64,000 bases of DNA from Utricularia gibba (taxonomy: Eukaryota > Plantae > Magnoliophyta): positions 2,565,908 through 2,629,907 of the forward strand of contig NEEC01000016.1 of assembly GCA_002189035.1 (NCBI GenBank), written 5' to 3'. The notes beneath the pieces were generated by a model. It was not told where the DNA came from, ran no database searches, and was given only the letters and a program-made list of their open reading frames with translations. This document shows, piece after piece, positions 1-13,273 of the stretch (its first letter is position 1; the number at the start of each line of letters is the position of its first letter). Both the position numbers and the translations under genes were made by a program.

Positions 1-11
1 GCATTTTACTC

Positions 12-3000
12 TTGCTAAAAGAAGGAATTGTTCAAGTTGATGATGTCTATTATTCACCAAACCTCAAACAGAACCTGTTGAGGTTTGGCCAATTGAGCAG
101 GCAAGGTTTTGACATTGAGCTGATGAAAGATGCTGGTGGTATAACCACTACAGTTAAGGTTGCTGATCCAAAAACGAAGATTGAATTCCATACTGTGTTG
201 ACCACCTACAACCTCTACCAAATCATGGTCAGTGATCATAAAAGTTGTATTTTCTCACTTCAAGATCAAAGCAGCCTTTGGCACAAACGTTTTGGGCACT
301 ATAGCTTCAACAATCTGAAAATATTGCAGAAGAATAAGGAAGTACTGGAATTGAAAGACATCAAGTTTGCTAATGCCATATGTGAAGTGTGTCATCAAGG
401 TAAACAGTGTAGAAAGCCCTTTTATTCCAGTGATTCAGTAGCAAAGGAGAAATTAGAGCTTGTGCATACAGATGTTTGTGGACCATTTAAGGAATGTTCA
501 TTAGGGGGGAGAAGATACTTTGTTACATTCATTGATGATTATTCACGTTATTGTTGGGTTTACTTTCTTAAAAGCAAGTCAGAATGTTCTGTGAAAATGA
601 GGGAATCATGCATCAATTCACCGTCCACAACAGAATGGTATATGTGAAAGGAGAAACAGAACAATCCTTGATATGTCAAGATGCCTATTGTTTGAGAAAG
701 GTCTTCCTGTAAGTTTCTGGGTTGAAGCGGTATCTACATCTGTATATCTGTTGAACTTGCTTCCCTCAAGGGCGATTAGTGGAAAAACCGCCCATGAAAA
801 ATGGCATGGTGATATTAAAAAGGTTGATCATCTCAAAATCTTTGGTAGTCTGTGTTTTACTCATATACCAGGCCAAAAACGAGGAAAACTTGAAAAGAAA
901 TCTGTATCTGGTGTATTTGTTGGTTATAGCAACACTACCGAGGGATATAAAGTTTATCTACCTCAACAGAAGAAATTTATCCTCAGCCATGATGTCACTT
1001 TTGATGAAGGTGCAAGGTATACTTTAATTGATGATTGCGTTGCTCTGAATGATGCAGAAGCTCATAAAAGTCTTGAAAGGCATAGCACCCATGTGAAAGG
1101 AGACCTATGGAGACACATGCCTCAAAACTTATCTTCCAGCAATTCAACAAACCAAGAAACTTCAGAACTCGTTCATGAAGATTCAAATCAAGTAAATGAT
1201 CAGCATTCAGATGAGAATTTTCCAGCTCAAGAGGAGGAGAAGGTCACAAATCAAGATGGCTCGCCCAATAAGAATTCAGAATCAAACTCTGAACCCCTGT
1301 ATGGACGATCTCATCAGGCCAATGATCAACCTTCAGATGGGAATTTCGAAATCCCAGAAGAGGAGCAAGGCACGAATGTAGAAGACTCATCAACAGATGA
1401 ATCTAATGGAGAGGAACCTGATACTGATGATGAAGATTATTACCCATCTGATCGTGATGGGCAAAGGAGGAAACGCAAAAACATCAGAGATTCAATATAT
1501 AATGAAGATAGTCATGTTACTGACATTAGAAGAAACAAAAGAAACAAGGCTCCTACAATAAGTTTCTCCAAGTTGAATGATGATGTCCAAGATGCTGTGG
1601 CTGATATTTTGGCTGGATTATTGACAGGAGATCCAAGATCATTTGAAGTGGCTGTACAAAATCCTAAATGGAGAGAGGCCATGAAGGAAGAAATGAATTC
1701 TATACTTGAAAATGAAACATGGGAATTAGTTGAGAAACCCAAGGATAGGGGTTTCAAACCTATTGGCCTCAAGTGGTTATTCAAAACCAAGATGAATGCA
1801 GATGGCTCTATCAACAAATATAAGGCTAGATTAGTAGCCAAGGGATATAGTCAGATCAAAGGAATAAATTTTCATGAGATTTTTGCACCAGTAGCAAGAT
1901 TTGACACGATTAAAGTACTTCTTGCCATTTCAGCTGCTCATGGATGGAAAGTGCATCACATGGATGTCAAGACTGCGTTCTTGAATGGTGTGTTGGAGGA
2001 GGTTGTTTTTGTTGAACAACCAAAGGGCTTCGAAGTGTCAGGTCATGAAGACAAGGTATTGAAGCTAAAGAAATCTCTCTATGGGTTGAAGCAAGCTCCT
2101 AGAGCATGGAATGAACGCATGGATAACTTTCTCCAGGGTATTGGTTTCAGAAAAACATATAGTGATTACTCATTATATGTTAAAGGAAAAGAAGATGATC
2201 GTTTATTTATTAGCTTATATGTGGATGATCTTATGATTACCTCAGGTAATGAAAGGAAGATTGAGGAATTCAAAGCTCTACTCAAAAATGAATTCAAGAT
2301 GACTGACCTTGGAATGATGTCCTATTATCTAGGCATGGAAATTCATCAACTTGAAGGTGTTGGAACATTCATATCTCAGAAAAAGTACTGTAATGAACTT
2401 CTTGAAAGGTTTGGGTTCAAAGATGTCAATCCTTCAAAAACGCCTTTGGATTACAAACAAGTGATTGGAGAGAACAATCAGGGAAAGAATGTGGATGCCA
2501 CTACTTATAGAAGTATGATTGGAAGCCTCATTTATCTCCAGCATACAAGGCCTGACTTGTGTTTTTGTGTAAATGTCTTATCTCGCTTCCTCAACAAACC
2601 AACAACAACTCACATGGCAGCTGTGAAAAGATCTTTCAGGTACATAAAATCTACTACTGATTTCGGATTGTTCTATCCCTATGAAGGTAAAAAACCAGTC
2701 TTGAAACTTGGAGCCTACTCAGATAGTGATTATGGTATGGCTGAAGATAGCAAGAGCACATCTGGTGCACTCTTCTTCTTAAATAAGAGTCCTGTAGTCT
2801 GGTTTTCGAAGAAACAAAAAGTGGTAGCACAATCAACAGCTGAAGCAGAATACATCTCAGCAGCACATGCTTCGAACTATTGTGTTTGGTTGAGGCAGAT
2901 GCTAAACGAACTTGGATTCATACAAAAGGAAGCTACACATCTGCTTATGGATAATCGAGCTGCAATCTCCATTGCCAAAGATCCAATGAACTTCAGCAAA

Positions 3001-3240
3001 GCCAAGCACATAAGAATCAGGTATCATGTCATAAGGAATTACATCAAGGAGAAGAAAATTAAAGTGCAGTATGTTGAGAGTGGGAATCAGCTTGCTGATG
3101 GGCTCACCAAAGGTTTGAACAGAGTTCAGTTTGAGCTAGCAAGGAAGAACATGAATCTCATGACTATAGAAGACTTTCTCAAGTTGGGAGATCTCGGTCT
3201 GGGGGGGAGTGTTGGAGATCAGCCTCAATCCAAAGTTTGA
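12..3240 (+). pseudogene. copia pol (INT-RT-RH), broken by a frameshifting deletion in the integrase
   Basis: ORFs 12-647 and 673-3240. Versus the sister copy at 22638-22753, 112 bp (including SDNGGEF, the second catalytic Asp) is missing near 585, with AGAA microhomology. RT/RH frame is open. Confidence 0.9.
3201..3209 (+). promoter_or_regulatory. polypurine tract of copia element
   Basis: GGGGGGGAG immediately before the LTR start TGTTGG at 3210. Confidence 0.9.
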
Positions 3241-3494
3241 AGGTGATTGGAAGCACTAATCTTGTGTCATAATGTTATATTTCAGATTAAAAAGGTGTTG
3301 AGTTCGAGCATGGAAGTGTTGGATTCGAGTTGTTGGGCTTTTTGTGTGTTTTCAATAATTGTGGCCCACTAAGAATGCGTGTCAATAGGGTTTTCGGTCA
3401 TTTTTATTGTTCATGAGTCGTTTTTCATCAAAGGTGATCTCAGAAGCATTACCTTTTTGTTACTTCCCAAGACTCTCTTTTTCTTGCATCAACA
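3210..3494 (+). repeat. copia 3' LTR (285 bp)
   Basis: TGTTGGAGATC...GCATCAACA; homologous to LTRs at 20253-20556 and 24736-25037. Confidence 0.93.
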
Positions 3495-6400
3495 AGAAGG
3501 AGTGAATAAAGAAGTGATGGAGCAACTAAAAAAGGTGAGTGAGCGTGTGGAGCTACTCAGTATGACTACACACATCCTGGACAGTTGGATGAATAATGTT
3601 GCTCATACCCACAAGGTTTCGAGGCTCCCAAGTCAACTAGAGAAAAATCTTGCTGAATGCAAAGCTGTGGCAACAAGGAGTGGGATGCAAGGTACAACAA
3701 CAACAGAGTATCTCCACCTTCTCATAATCCTCCAGTTCCTTATCCATAGAGACAGGCCAAATCATCAGTGGATCAACAATATTCCAAGTTTCTGCAGATG
3801 CTGAAAACGCTTCATGCCCATTCACTGATGTGATGTTGCAAATGCCCACTTATGCGAAATTCTTGAAGGATATTCTGGCCAATCGAAGCAAGATTGAGAA
3901 TGATGCTGTTATTGAATTATCCAAGCAGTGCAGCACGGTTCTTACACAGGGGTTGATTCAAAAGCATGCAAATCATGGAATTTTTTCAATCCCTTGTATC
4001 ATTGGAAGAAGCAATTTTGAGAAGTGCTTATATGATCTTGGGTCAAGTATCAGCTTGATGCCTTATTTTTTATTCAAAGCACTGAATCTTGAGGAGCTAA
4101 GAACCACGAAAATTCAACTGGTATTTGCTGATAAATCCATGAAGAATCCCAAAGGAGTGGTAGAAAACGTACCGGTAAAAATTGGAAAATATTTTGTTAC
4201 TTGTGATTTTGTTGTTTTGGATATGGCACTTGATGTGGTAGTGCCAATCATTTTTGAGAGACCCTTTATGGCAACCACAGGAGCCTTAATTGATGTTAGA
4301 GCAGGGAAATTGACACTCAGATTCGGAGAAGAGGAACTGAAGTTCAATGTTGATCAAGCAATGAAGCGATTTGACTGCGACGAGCTTGCGCAAAGGGAAG
4401 CGGAAGATGCTGTTACGCAGGAGCAGGCGCAAGCAGTTTTTCTGCGCGGAATTCAGGAAATAAATCTTCTGCAGGATGAAAAAGAAGACATTCCAGATGA
4501 CACACCAATCATGGCTCAGCTAACAAACAAGGAACTTGATGCTAGAGAAAAAATTGAGTTGAAGAAGCTGCCACCATCATTGAGGTACGAATTTCTTGAG
4601 GATGATCACTTACCCCATGATTGTTAATGCAGGATTGAATGAATACTACACCCAAATGCTGGATGTCTTGCGCAAGCACAAACAAGCCATTGGGTACACC
4701 TTGGATGACTTGAAAGGGCTTGACCCTCAATTCTACACCCATCGGATTTATTTGGAACCTGAGGCGAGACCAATTGTGCAACAACAAAGGCGGGCGAATC
4801 CTATGCTAAAAGAGGTGATTAAAAACGAAATTTTGAAATTGTTGGATGCTGATATCATCTACTCTATTTCAAATAGCTAATGGGTTAGCCCAGCGCACTG
4901 CGTACCAAAGAAAGGAGGCATGACAGTGACAAAACGAGAAGGAAGACCTCATCCCCTTGCACAAGGTCACTGGCTGGAGGATGTGTATAGATTTTCAGAA
5001 ACTCAATGATGCCACCAGAAAGGATCATTAACCATTACCATTTATTGATCAAATTATGGAAAGGTTAAGTAACCAAGCTTTCTATTGTTACCTTGATGGT
5101 TATTCCGGATATTTTCAGATTCCAATTCATCCGGAAGATCAACACAAGACCACATTTACTTGCCCTTTTGGCACCTTTGCATACAAGAGAATGCCATTCG
5201 GTTTGTGCAATGCTCCTGGAACTTTTCAGCATTGCATGACAGCCATTTTTTCGGAACATATGGAGAAGATCATGGAGGTATTTATGGATGATATATCTGC
5301 TTATGGGACTGATTTCGATTCATGTTTGTAGAACTTAGGCATCATTTTGGAGAGGCGTATTGAATGCAACCTGGTACTCAATTGGGAGAAGTGTCATTTT
5401 ATGGTTGAAGAAGTCATTGTGCTTGGACATCACATTTCTTCCAAAGGCATTCAAGTGGATCCAGCAAAAATCGAGGTGATTGAAAAATTAACAGAACCAA
5501 CTACGGTGAAGGGGATTAGAAGCTTCTTGGAGCATGCAGAATTTTATAGGAGATTTATTGCTAATTTTTCTCACATTTCTCGCCCACTAACAACGCTGCT
5601 TGCGCAAGACGCGGATTTTTGTTTTGATGAACAATGTGTGCACGCCTTCAACACGCTGAAGCAAGCTCTTATTACTGCACCCATTCTTCAACCACCAGAT
5701 TGGACCTTGCCATTTAAATTGATGTGTGATGCAAGTGATTGTGTTGTAGGGGCTGTTCTTGGACAGAAAAAAGACAAGGTAAATTATGTGATTTATTATG
5801 CCAGAACAACTCCAATGCAGCCCAAAGGAACTACACAACCACAGAAAATGAGTTGTTGGCCATTGTTTTTGCCATTGAAAAATTCAGATCCTATTTGTTG
5901 GGTGCAAAGGTAATTGTTCATACGGATCACGCTGCCTTGAGATATCTTTTGAGAAAGCAGTAATCGAAACCCAGGTTGATAAGATGGATACTACTTCTCC
6001 AAGAATTTGATATGGAAATTCGTGACAAGAAGGGCAAGGAAAATGGAGTGGCTGATCATTTGTCACACCTACACCTTGAAACAAGTGTGGGGGGAGTTGC
6101 CCATTGATGATTCTTTCCCCACAGAACGTATCCTTGCTGTCCAAGATGGCAATCTGCCATGGTATGCTGATTTTGTCAATTATCTTGTTGGAGGAGTCTT
6201 GCCCCAAAATCTGAACTTCAACCAGCGGAAGCGCTTCCTTGCGCAAGCAAAGCATTATTTCTGGGAAGAATCTATGCTTTTCAAACGTTGTGGTGATGGA
6301 ATTATCAGAAGATGCCTACCACCAGAGGAGGTAAGGGACGTTATTTGGCACTGCCATTCATCACCCTATGGAGGGCATTCAGCAGCATCAAAAACACTCT

Positions 6401-7450
6401 TCAAAATTCTTCAATCTGGATTTTATTGGTCCACCATGAGTCAAGATGTGAGGGCATTTGTTCAAGCATGCGAACCATGTCAGCATGCGGGTTCTATTTC
6501 CAGGAGAGATGAAGGACCCATGACTTATATCCTGGAGGTGGAAATTTTCGATGTTTGGGGGCTGGATTTTATGGGACCCTTTCCATCTTCTTATGGAAAC
6601 ACTCAAATTCTTGTAGCAGTGGATTATGTCTCAAAATGGGTAGAAGCTATTGCGGCTCCAGCAGCTGATCGAAGAGCCATAATTAAGCTCTTCAAACAGA
6701 TCATTCTACCCAGGTTTGGAGCCCCAAGATACGCTATAAGTGATGGAGGGAAACAGTTCATTGAAAGAGAATTCCGGAAGCTCTTGCGCAAGTATGGAGT
6801 GAGACACAAGGCATCAACTCCATATCACCCACAAACCTGCAGACAAGTGGAGGTAACTAACAGGGAATTGAAGAGGATTCTGGAGCGTACGGTGGCCAAA
6901 ACTCGCAAGGATTGGGCAACTAAAATAACTGGTGCTTTATGGGCTTATACCACAGCGTATAAGACTCCCTTGGGGACCTCCCCTTATCGTTTGGTGTATG
7001 GAAAAGCTTGTCACTTGGTTGTGGAATTAGAGCACAAGGCATATTGAGCTATCAAAGAATTAAATTTGGATGCCAACGCAGCTGGAGAGCAGAGGATCTT
7101 GCAACTCCAAGAGCTGGACGAGCTAAGGATGAGTGCCTACGAAAATACAAAACTGTACAAGGAACAAATGAAGGCTTGGCATGACAATCACTTGCGCAAG
7201 AAGGACCTGGCAGAAGGTGACCCAATTTTGTTATTTAACTCTCCTTTTTGCCTCTTTCCAGGAGAGCTCAAGTCTAGATGGCGTGGACCATACACCATCA
7301 AGAAAATCTACCCTAGTGGAGCAGTCCTCATCACTCACCGTGATCATGGAGAATTTATGGTAAATATTTAGAGATTGAAACGGTTTCATAAAGGAGTAAA
7401 ATCTTCCATGGACACATTGCATGTTCTAGTGGACCTCTCTCACCACCCCC
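3495..7450 (+). mobile_element. Athila-like Ty3/gypsy internal region (gag end, PR, RT, RH, INT), degenerate
   Basis: LPSQLEKN..KAVATRSG gag tail; YAKFLKDIL and DLGSSISLMP protease region; YLDGYSGYFQIPI / MPFGLCNAP / FMDD RT; CDASD..GAVLGQ RH; CHSSPYGGH and [13 protein letters not shown]; many stops and frameshifts. End coordinate approximate. Confidence 0.92.
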
Positions 7451-7459
7451 CCACCCTCA

Positions 7460-7766
7460 TGAGAAAGCACCTAGGGTTTACTTGTTGAAGAAAATGATAT
7501 AAGTTGAAGAGTTCTTAGGGTCAAACCCATTCTCCGTAATGAATGCTTCGATTTAAAGAAGAGCTCAATATGGCCGAATCCTAACATCTGCAAATATCGG
7601 TTGCTTTCTGCACCTGCTATACGATCTCGCTTTTCAGACTGTGCCATATGGTCATATCTGTTAGATCTCTGATAAATATCGGTCTGTAGACTGGCATTAT
7701 CCCCTCAGAGTGTCTTTTGGCAGCATTTTGGAAGCCGATTACGCTCGATTGATTTATCCCCCATCA
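7460..7766 (-). repeat. partial 3' LTR of Tat-like element
   Basis: Homologous to solo LTR 28227-28735 and LTR at 39022; preceded (minus strand) by PPT; far end truncated, coordinate approximate. Confidence 0.8.
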
Positions 7767-8269
7767 TTAAGCCCCTCTGATTTGCCGATATTGGCCCTCT
7801 CGAGGTGAGCTGAATAAAAATTAATACAACGTTGATTTCTGAAGTACCGCTTTCCACAAATGATTCGAAAACCGCTTCGGCCTAATACCACTGTCACGTG
7901 TCAGCTCGTAAATACGCAATGTTTTTTTCCCACTAATTTTGGTCACCTCAAATGTCACGTCGCTTTGTCTCCCGAATGTCTCCATTATAAATATGTGCAC
8001 CCCCTGTCATTTCTCTCCTTTACTTTCTTTATTCGCTCGCGAGGTTCCAGCGCTCTCTGAACTCCGTCGTGCTCGCCACCGTGTTTCCCACCGGAGATTG
8101 CAGACTTTTCAGGTATCCGTGCCCTCTCCACAACTTTTTCATTTTCGAGTCAGCTTTATTCTCCGTTAGGTCTTCGAATCTCCCTTAAGCCATTCCCACT
8201 TTTTCTTAGGGTTCCCATTCTTTTCTTCCAAGCCCTTTGAAACTCCTTCCTTTTTCAATTCCTAAAAGT

Positions 8270-8761
8270 AACATGGGTAGGAAGTCTAGTGAGTTCAACA
8301 TACTTGCTATTCGGTCCAGGTAATCGATTCTTGAGGAATACGTTATTTCCCAAGCGAGGGATAGCCAAATTCGATTTCCCCACTTCAGCCTTCTGATCCC
8401 CCTTGCCTAATTAAAAAGTGGGCTCCGATTTCCTCTCCATCCTTTACTTGTTGAATTTCTCAACATGTTTTCGGTTCCGCTCTATTACCTCGCCCCTAAT
8501 TCGATCTTCTGCTTCACCACATTTCTCTTCTATTCGGCCGGCATGGATCCAAACATGACGCTAGTTGATTTCTTTCAACTCTTCAAGATCGCTGTTCGTA
8601 AGGCGAAACGTCCGATGCATGGCTTCTCCCACTTCCAGTTTCACCGGTTTGAAGACCACCCCGACTTCATTTTAAAAGCTCCTGATACCCACCACGATTG
8701 GTGGTCTTCTTTCATCTGGGGCACTCCCCCGGTGGGAGCTTGGTGGAACTTTCCAGTTTAA
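8270..8761 (+). pseudogene. antisense ORF of Tat-like element (Transposase_28-like), degenerate
   Basis: GLRFPLHPLLVEFLNMFSVPLYYLAPNS motif, antisense to pol and located between INT and PPT, as is typical of Tat/Retand elements; in-frame stops upstream. Confidence 0.7.
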
Positions 8762-9659
8762 CCCCTAACCCCTTTCAAAGTAAAACTCTTGGGTCGTTTT
8801 CGCCCCTCCGATGAGGTCGATTATTTACCGGCTTTCTCGGTATACTCGCATGGTACTGGTATAGTTTGCATTTCTTCACCATTTCGATAATATCCTACTT
8901 CATAGTTGGCCAATAATACCCAGTTCTCAAAGCTTTCCTGCATAAGGATCGTATCCCGACGTGGCTGCCGCATTCCCCTTCATGCAGATCGGTTATAAGT
9001 TCTTGAGAATGCTTTGCGCCGATACACCTCAATAGGGGTCCATCTAAGGATCTGCGATAGAGAATTCCATTTACCAATGTATATCTCTTTACTCTAATCT
9101 CCAACTGTCGGGCTTTTTATTTATCAGATGATGTTTCCCCGTTTCGTAGATACCGGATGTAGGGTGATGTCCAATCATCGAGATGACTCAGCTGTGGAGA
9201 GATATCATTTCCTGGTTGCTGGGTAATATAGTTCACGGCTCGTAAGCTCACTGAAGGGTTGTCTCGCAACCGAATCGTTACACTTCCTTCCCTCAGCTCA
9301 TGAAACCCTGTAGCAAATCGAGCGAGGCTATCTGCGGATCCGTTTTCCTCGCGCGCCACGTGCGACAGGGTGAATTCCGTGAAGGTCTTCGCCAACTCCT
9401 TCACCGGAACACGGTATAGAGCCATGAGAGAGTCATGGGTTTCGTATTCACCTGAAAATTGTCCTTGCACCAGTTCAGGTGTAGACGTTGAGCTCCACAA
9501 CTCCCAGTTCATTTGCAATTTTCATTCCTTCAATCAGGGCTTCATATTCGGCCACATTGTTGGACGCTGGGAATAAGAATTTCACCGTGATGTAAATGTG
9601 TTCCCCATCTCGGGTTCGGATGTCTATTCCTCCTCCAGTACAGTTATATGTTGACCCAT

Positions 9660-11364
9660 TGATAAGTGATTTTGTGTCACTTATATTTATGCTTTTCAGG
9701 ACTCACTTAGATGGGTTTTGCATTCTTTTTATCCCACTTTCCTTATATTTCTAGAAGAATTTTATATCTTTCATACCACTTTGATCTTCTTGGAGGTAAA
9801 GTGTGTTTTGTGATTTTTCAGGATAATTTTGACTTAATTTGAGGGATTTTCAAGCTACTTTGATGGAGTCAAAGATTTCGTCTATTCGAATGAAGACTCG
9901 GTCAAAGATTCCCGGATAAGATAAGATTCAAATCTTATCTTGAAAAATTTGGATTTAATCCTAGAAGATTTGTATCAAATCTTAGAAGATTTGGATAGAA
10001 GATTTGATGCGAACCCGTCAAGAAAGCCTGACAAATCCCCACCATTATATAAAGATCCAAACGCAAAGACCTAAGGAGAGTCAAGTGGTGGACGACCAAA
10101 GAGTCAATCTGATTCAACCCTCTAATTAAAAGGTGATTGGCAAACCAAATCTTGGTTGAAAAGAAGCAATTTCTCAAGAAAAAGAAGTTGGCCCTCAAGG
10201 ATTGGAAGATCCTTGCAATCAAAACTATGAAATGCTACCACACTCACAGAATTAAGGAAGGAATTGGGAGTGATAAACCACACACTAGACACCACAAGCA
10301 AGGCTTGATAAGTCTAAGTTCTACAAGAACTCAAGGAAGGAGAATTTGATCTCAAAAGTGATTACAATCAAAGTTGTCCAAAACAAGAGTAAGGCCCTTC
10401 TTATATAGCTGAAGGATTGGACCTTATTGGAGGCAAAGTAGTCATAATAATGTATTTGATCGTAATGGGCCTTCTCTAATCAAGTTGATCCACTTTGATA
10501 ATGTTGAATTCCATCCCAAACACCTGATAGCTTTGGTGATTGGCCCATAAGCTTTTAAGCACTTCTTGATTCCTTCTTGCGCTTGATCTAGTGATTAGCC
10601 CAACTGAAATAAATAGAAAATTATTGATCTTGTGACCTTTGTCTTCATTGGAATAATCAGTAGCATCCATGATCTCATCACAATCTAGGGTTTATAGTCG
10701 AGTCTAGCATGTTTTGGATTTCTTTCCCTTCGTTTTTCATCAACTTTTGTTGTTTAGAGTCAAGCATGCGCGTGTGACCGCTTGCGGCTGAGGATCTGAT
10801 GTGAAGCCTTGCTTGCGCAAGTTCCGCGCGTGTGACTGTCTTACTATGTTTTTCAACATTTAATTTGAGGTGTGATTCTGTTTTTCGCAACGTTTTCTTT
10901 ACATTGTGATCTTTAGTACCAAATAGCCCTAAAAGAGTGTGGGGGAATCAAAAATTGGCCTCAAGCACCTAAGAAGAAGGGCTCAATCGGACATCTTTGG
11001 CAAGGTACATTCTGTCTAATATTTTTGCGAGGTAAGAGGTGTAGGGGTTAGACTTGGGTATGGGAAAAACATGGGTTATCACAAGAGGTGAAATGGCTCT
11101 GGTGGTGTGGTTGATTCTATAATCCCACAAAACAAGGGACGGTGCTATAACGGTCACCGAGTAACACTACTTTTAGCATAACACCCCCAAAGCTTGCGCA
11201 AGCACGTCAGTTCTCAAGGTTTGCACACACGCAAACCTTTTTTCTTTTGTTTTTAGTCTTTTTAAATCTTTGTTTTTAAAGGAAAATTCCAATAACAATT
11301 CCCTGTGGATACGATCTTATTTTATTACTTCGACGGTTTCTATACACTCGCAGAATTACCATCA
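9660..11364 (+). mobile_element. Athila-like solo LTR (~1.7 kb)
   Basis: TGATAAGTGATTTT...CACTCGCAGAATTACCATCA termini; splits the Tat reading YVDG|ST; degenerate 5-bp TSD CCCAT / GCCGT. Confidence 0.75.
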
Positions 11365-11819
11365 GCCGTCAACGTACATGGCCCATCGGTCATTGGCTTC
11401 CACGAAACGGTGTATAGGCCTGGTCATTTCGACCACAAAATCGGCAAGAGGTTGGGCCTTTATTGCTGTTGTCGACTTAAACTCAATATCCATTGTACTC
11501 AATTCACCCGCCCATTTGGCAACCCTTCCAGAAATATTCTTCAGAGGCAAATTGGTGAACACCACGATGTGCCGATCTTGGAAATATGACCTCAGTTTGG
11601 TGGCCGCCATCTTCAGAGCCAAGATTAATTTTTCTGTCACCATATGCCGAGTTTCGGCTGGTAATAGAACCTTGCTATTATAATACACCGGCAAGTATTT
11701 ATCTGCCGAGATGGTTGTCAAGACTACGCTGACTGCAATTGGTGATATAGACAGATATAGTACAAGGGGCTCCCCTGCTTTCGGAGCCACAAGAAGCGGG
11801 GGTGATGAGAGATATTCCT

Positions 11820-13273
11820 TGAGTTTTTCAAGGAAGATGGTTTACGCATAAACCATGCCCGTGTGGCCTTGTGGTGCTGCAGTGTATCAACACGGGCGTG
11901 GTTAGCGCATAAACCACGCTCGTGTGGCGTTGTCATGCTGTTGTGTGTGTCTACAGGCGTAAACCACGCCCCTATGGCCTTGTGGTGCTCTTGCGTATGC
12001 ACACAGGTCGCGCTCGAGCGCAAAGTCAGTTGCAGCCTGGCGGAAAAAATGATGCATTTCTTAACGCTGGGTTGTCATGAGCCGCCTAGATTTTTTTGAT
12101 GAAACACCTTCTAGTTTTGGCAGGTGGTGGGGCAGTCTCGACTTGGGCCATGGGTTCAGTCCGGCTAATGAGCCCAGTTTGGTCCGACTTGATGAAAATC
12201 GTGATGCTTTTATTGATGTTAGGATGTAACGAGAACCCCACACCGTTTTTCCAACAACATATTTTATATTTGAGGAGGAGCTCTCGGGGGGGCACCTGGA
12301 TCGGGCCGAAGGTAGTTCTGAACTTGGGCTCAAAGTATGTTGTAGCCCACCAAAAAAAGTGATGCATTTATTAACGTTGGGTTGTCACGAGCCGCGTACA
12401 TGGTTTTGAAAGGAACACCTTCTCATTTTGAGGCGGGTGCTCTCAAGAGGCACTTGGCCCGGGTCCCGGGTTCAGTCTGGCTCATGACCCCACTCGGGTC
12501 CGACTCGACGAAAATGATGATGCATTTGTTGAAATTAGGATATCACGTGCACCCCACATTTGTTGAGTGAGCATGGGGGAATGAGTATATCAATAGAAAG
12601 GCATTCATTTTTTGTGTTTCTGTTAACTATCATATCCAAGATTGAACCTTTGTTATTTTCAAACATGTGAAAAGATTAGGTTTCAAAGTGAACCTAAGAT
12701 GATTATCTGTTAACAAAGATTGAACCTTTGTTATTTTTATAAATCATATTTTTTCAAGCATACGAGAACATGCTAGATGCAACAATTACAAAAAAAAAAA
12801 AATATATTTTTATAAAAATATGATATTTTTTATACTCATATGATATATTTTTATAAAAATATAAATAATGTAAATAAGTTATTCATTAACCCATATGAAA
12901 AATATAAAAGTTTCTTAGTTTTTAATTTTATTAGCATTCGATCCTTATTTGTACTTCGAATAGAGTGTGTATTTTTATTTTAATTAGCATTCGAACCTTG
13001 GTAACGATTCGACTCGAACAGCGTACATTTTTTATTTTAATATTTTTATCCTCCTTCGGCAAGATTGGGATCCAGCGTATATTTTTGATTTTAATATTTT
13101 TATGAGCAATCGAAGCTTAGGAATGATTCAGCTCGAGTGTATATATATATTTATATATATGTTTTTTTTGAATTTGTATTAGCCTTCGATCCATACGAGC
13201 GATTTAGATCGAGTGCCATTCACAAGGGCACATGGGCATGGGTTGTGCGTAAACCACGCCCGTGTGGCCTTGT
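11820..13273 (-). repeat. old diverged relative of the 2.3-kb array unit (reverse orientation): GC motif x3, ~150-bp sub-repeats, AT tract, one fold-back arm
   Basis: Same motifs as the array on the opposite strand (AAACCACGCCCGTGTGGCCTTGT; GATGCATTT.TTAACG.TGGGTTGTCA; TTAGCATTCGATCC). Confidence 0.88.

Larger units (their letters stand above)
1..3494 (+). mobile_element. Ty1/copia LTR retrotransposon, 3' part (5' part lies outside the window)
   Basis: GAG-pre-integrase (LWHKRFGH..CEVC), integrase ([24 protein letters not shown]), RT (KARLVAKGY, YVDDL) and RNase H (AYSDSDY, STAEAEY, ADGLTK) in copia order, then PPT and a TG..CA LTR. Confidence 0.97.
7460..11800 (-). mobile_element. Tat-lineage gypsy fragment (native RH, archaeal-type RH, start of INT, 3' region, partial 3' LTR), interrupted by a solo LTR
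   Basis: ORF 11362-11790 is native RNase H ending WAMYVDG; continues at 9659 with second RNase H (SNNVAEYEAL, SHVAREENGSADSLA); INT zinc finger (LHEGECGSH) at 8895-9104; INT core deleted; PPT AGAGGGGCT then LTR start TGATGGGGGATAAATC at 7766. Dual RNase H is a Tat hallmark. Confidence 0.88.
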
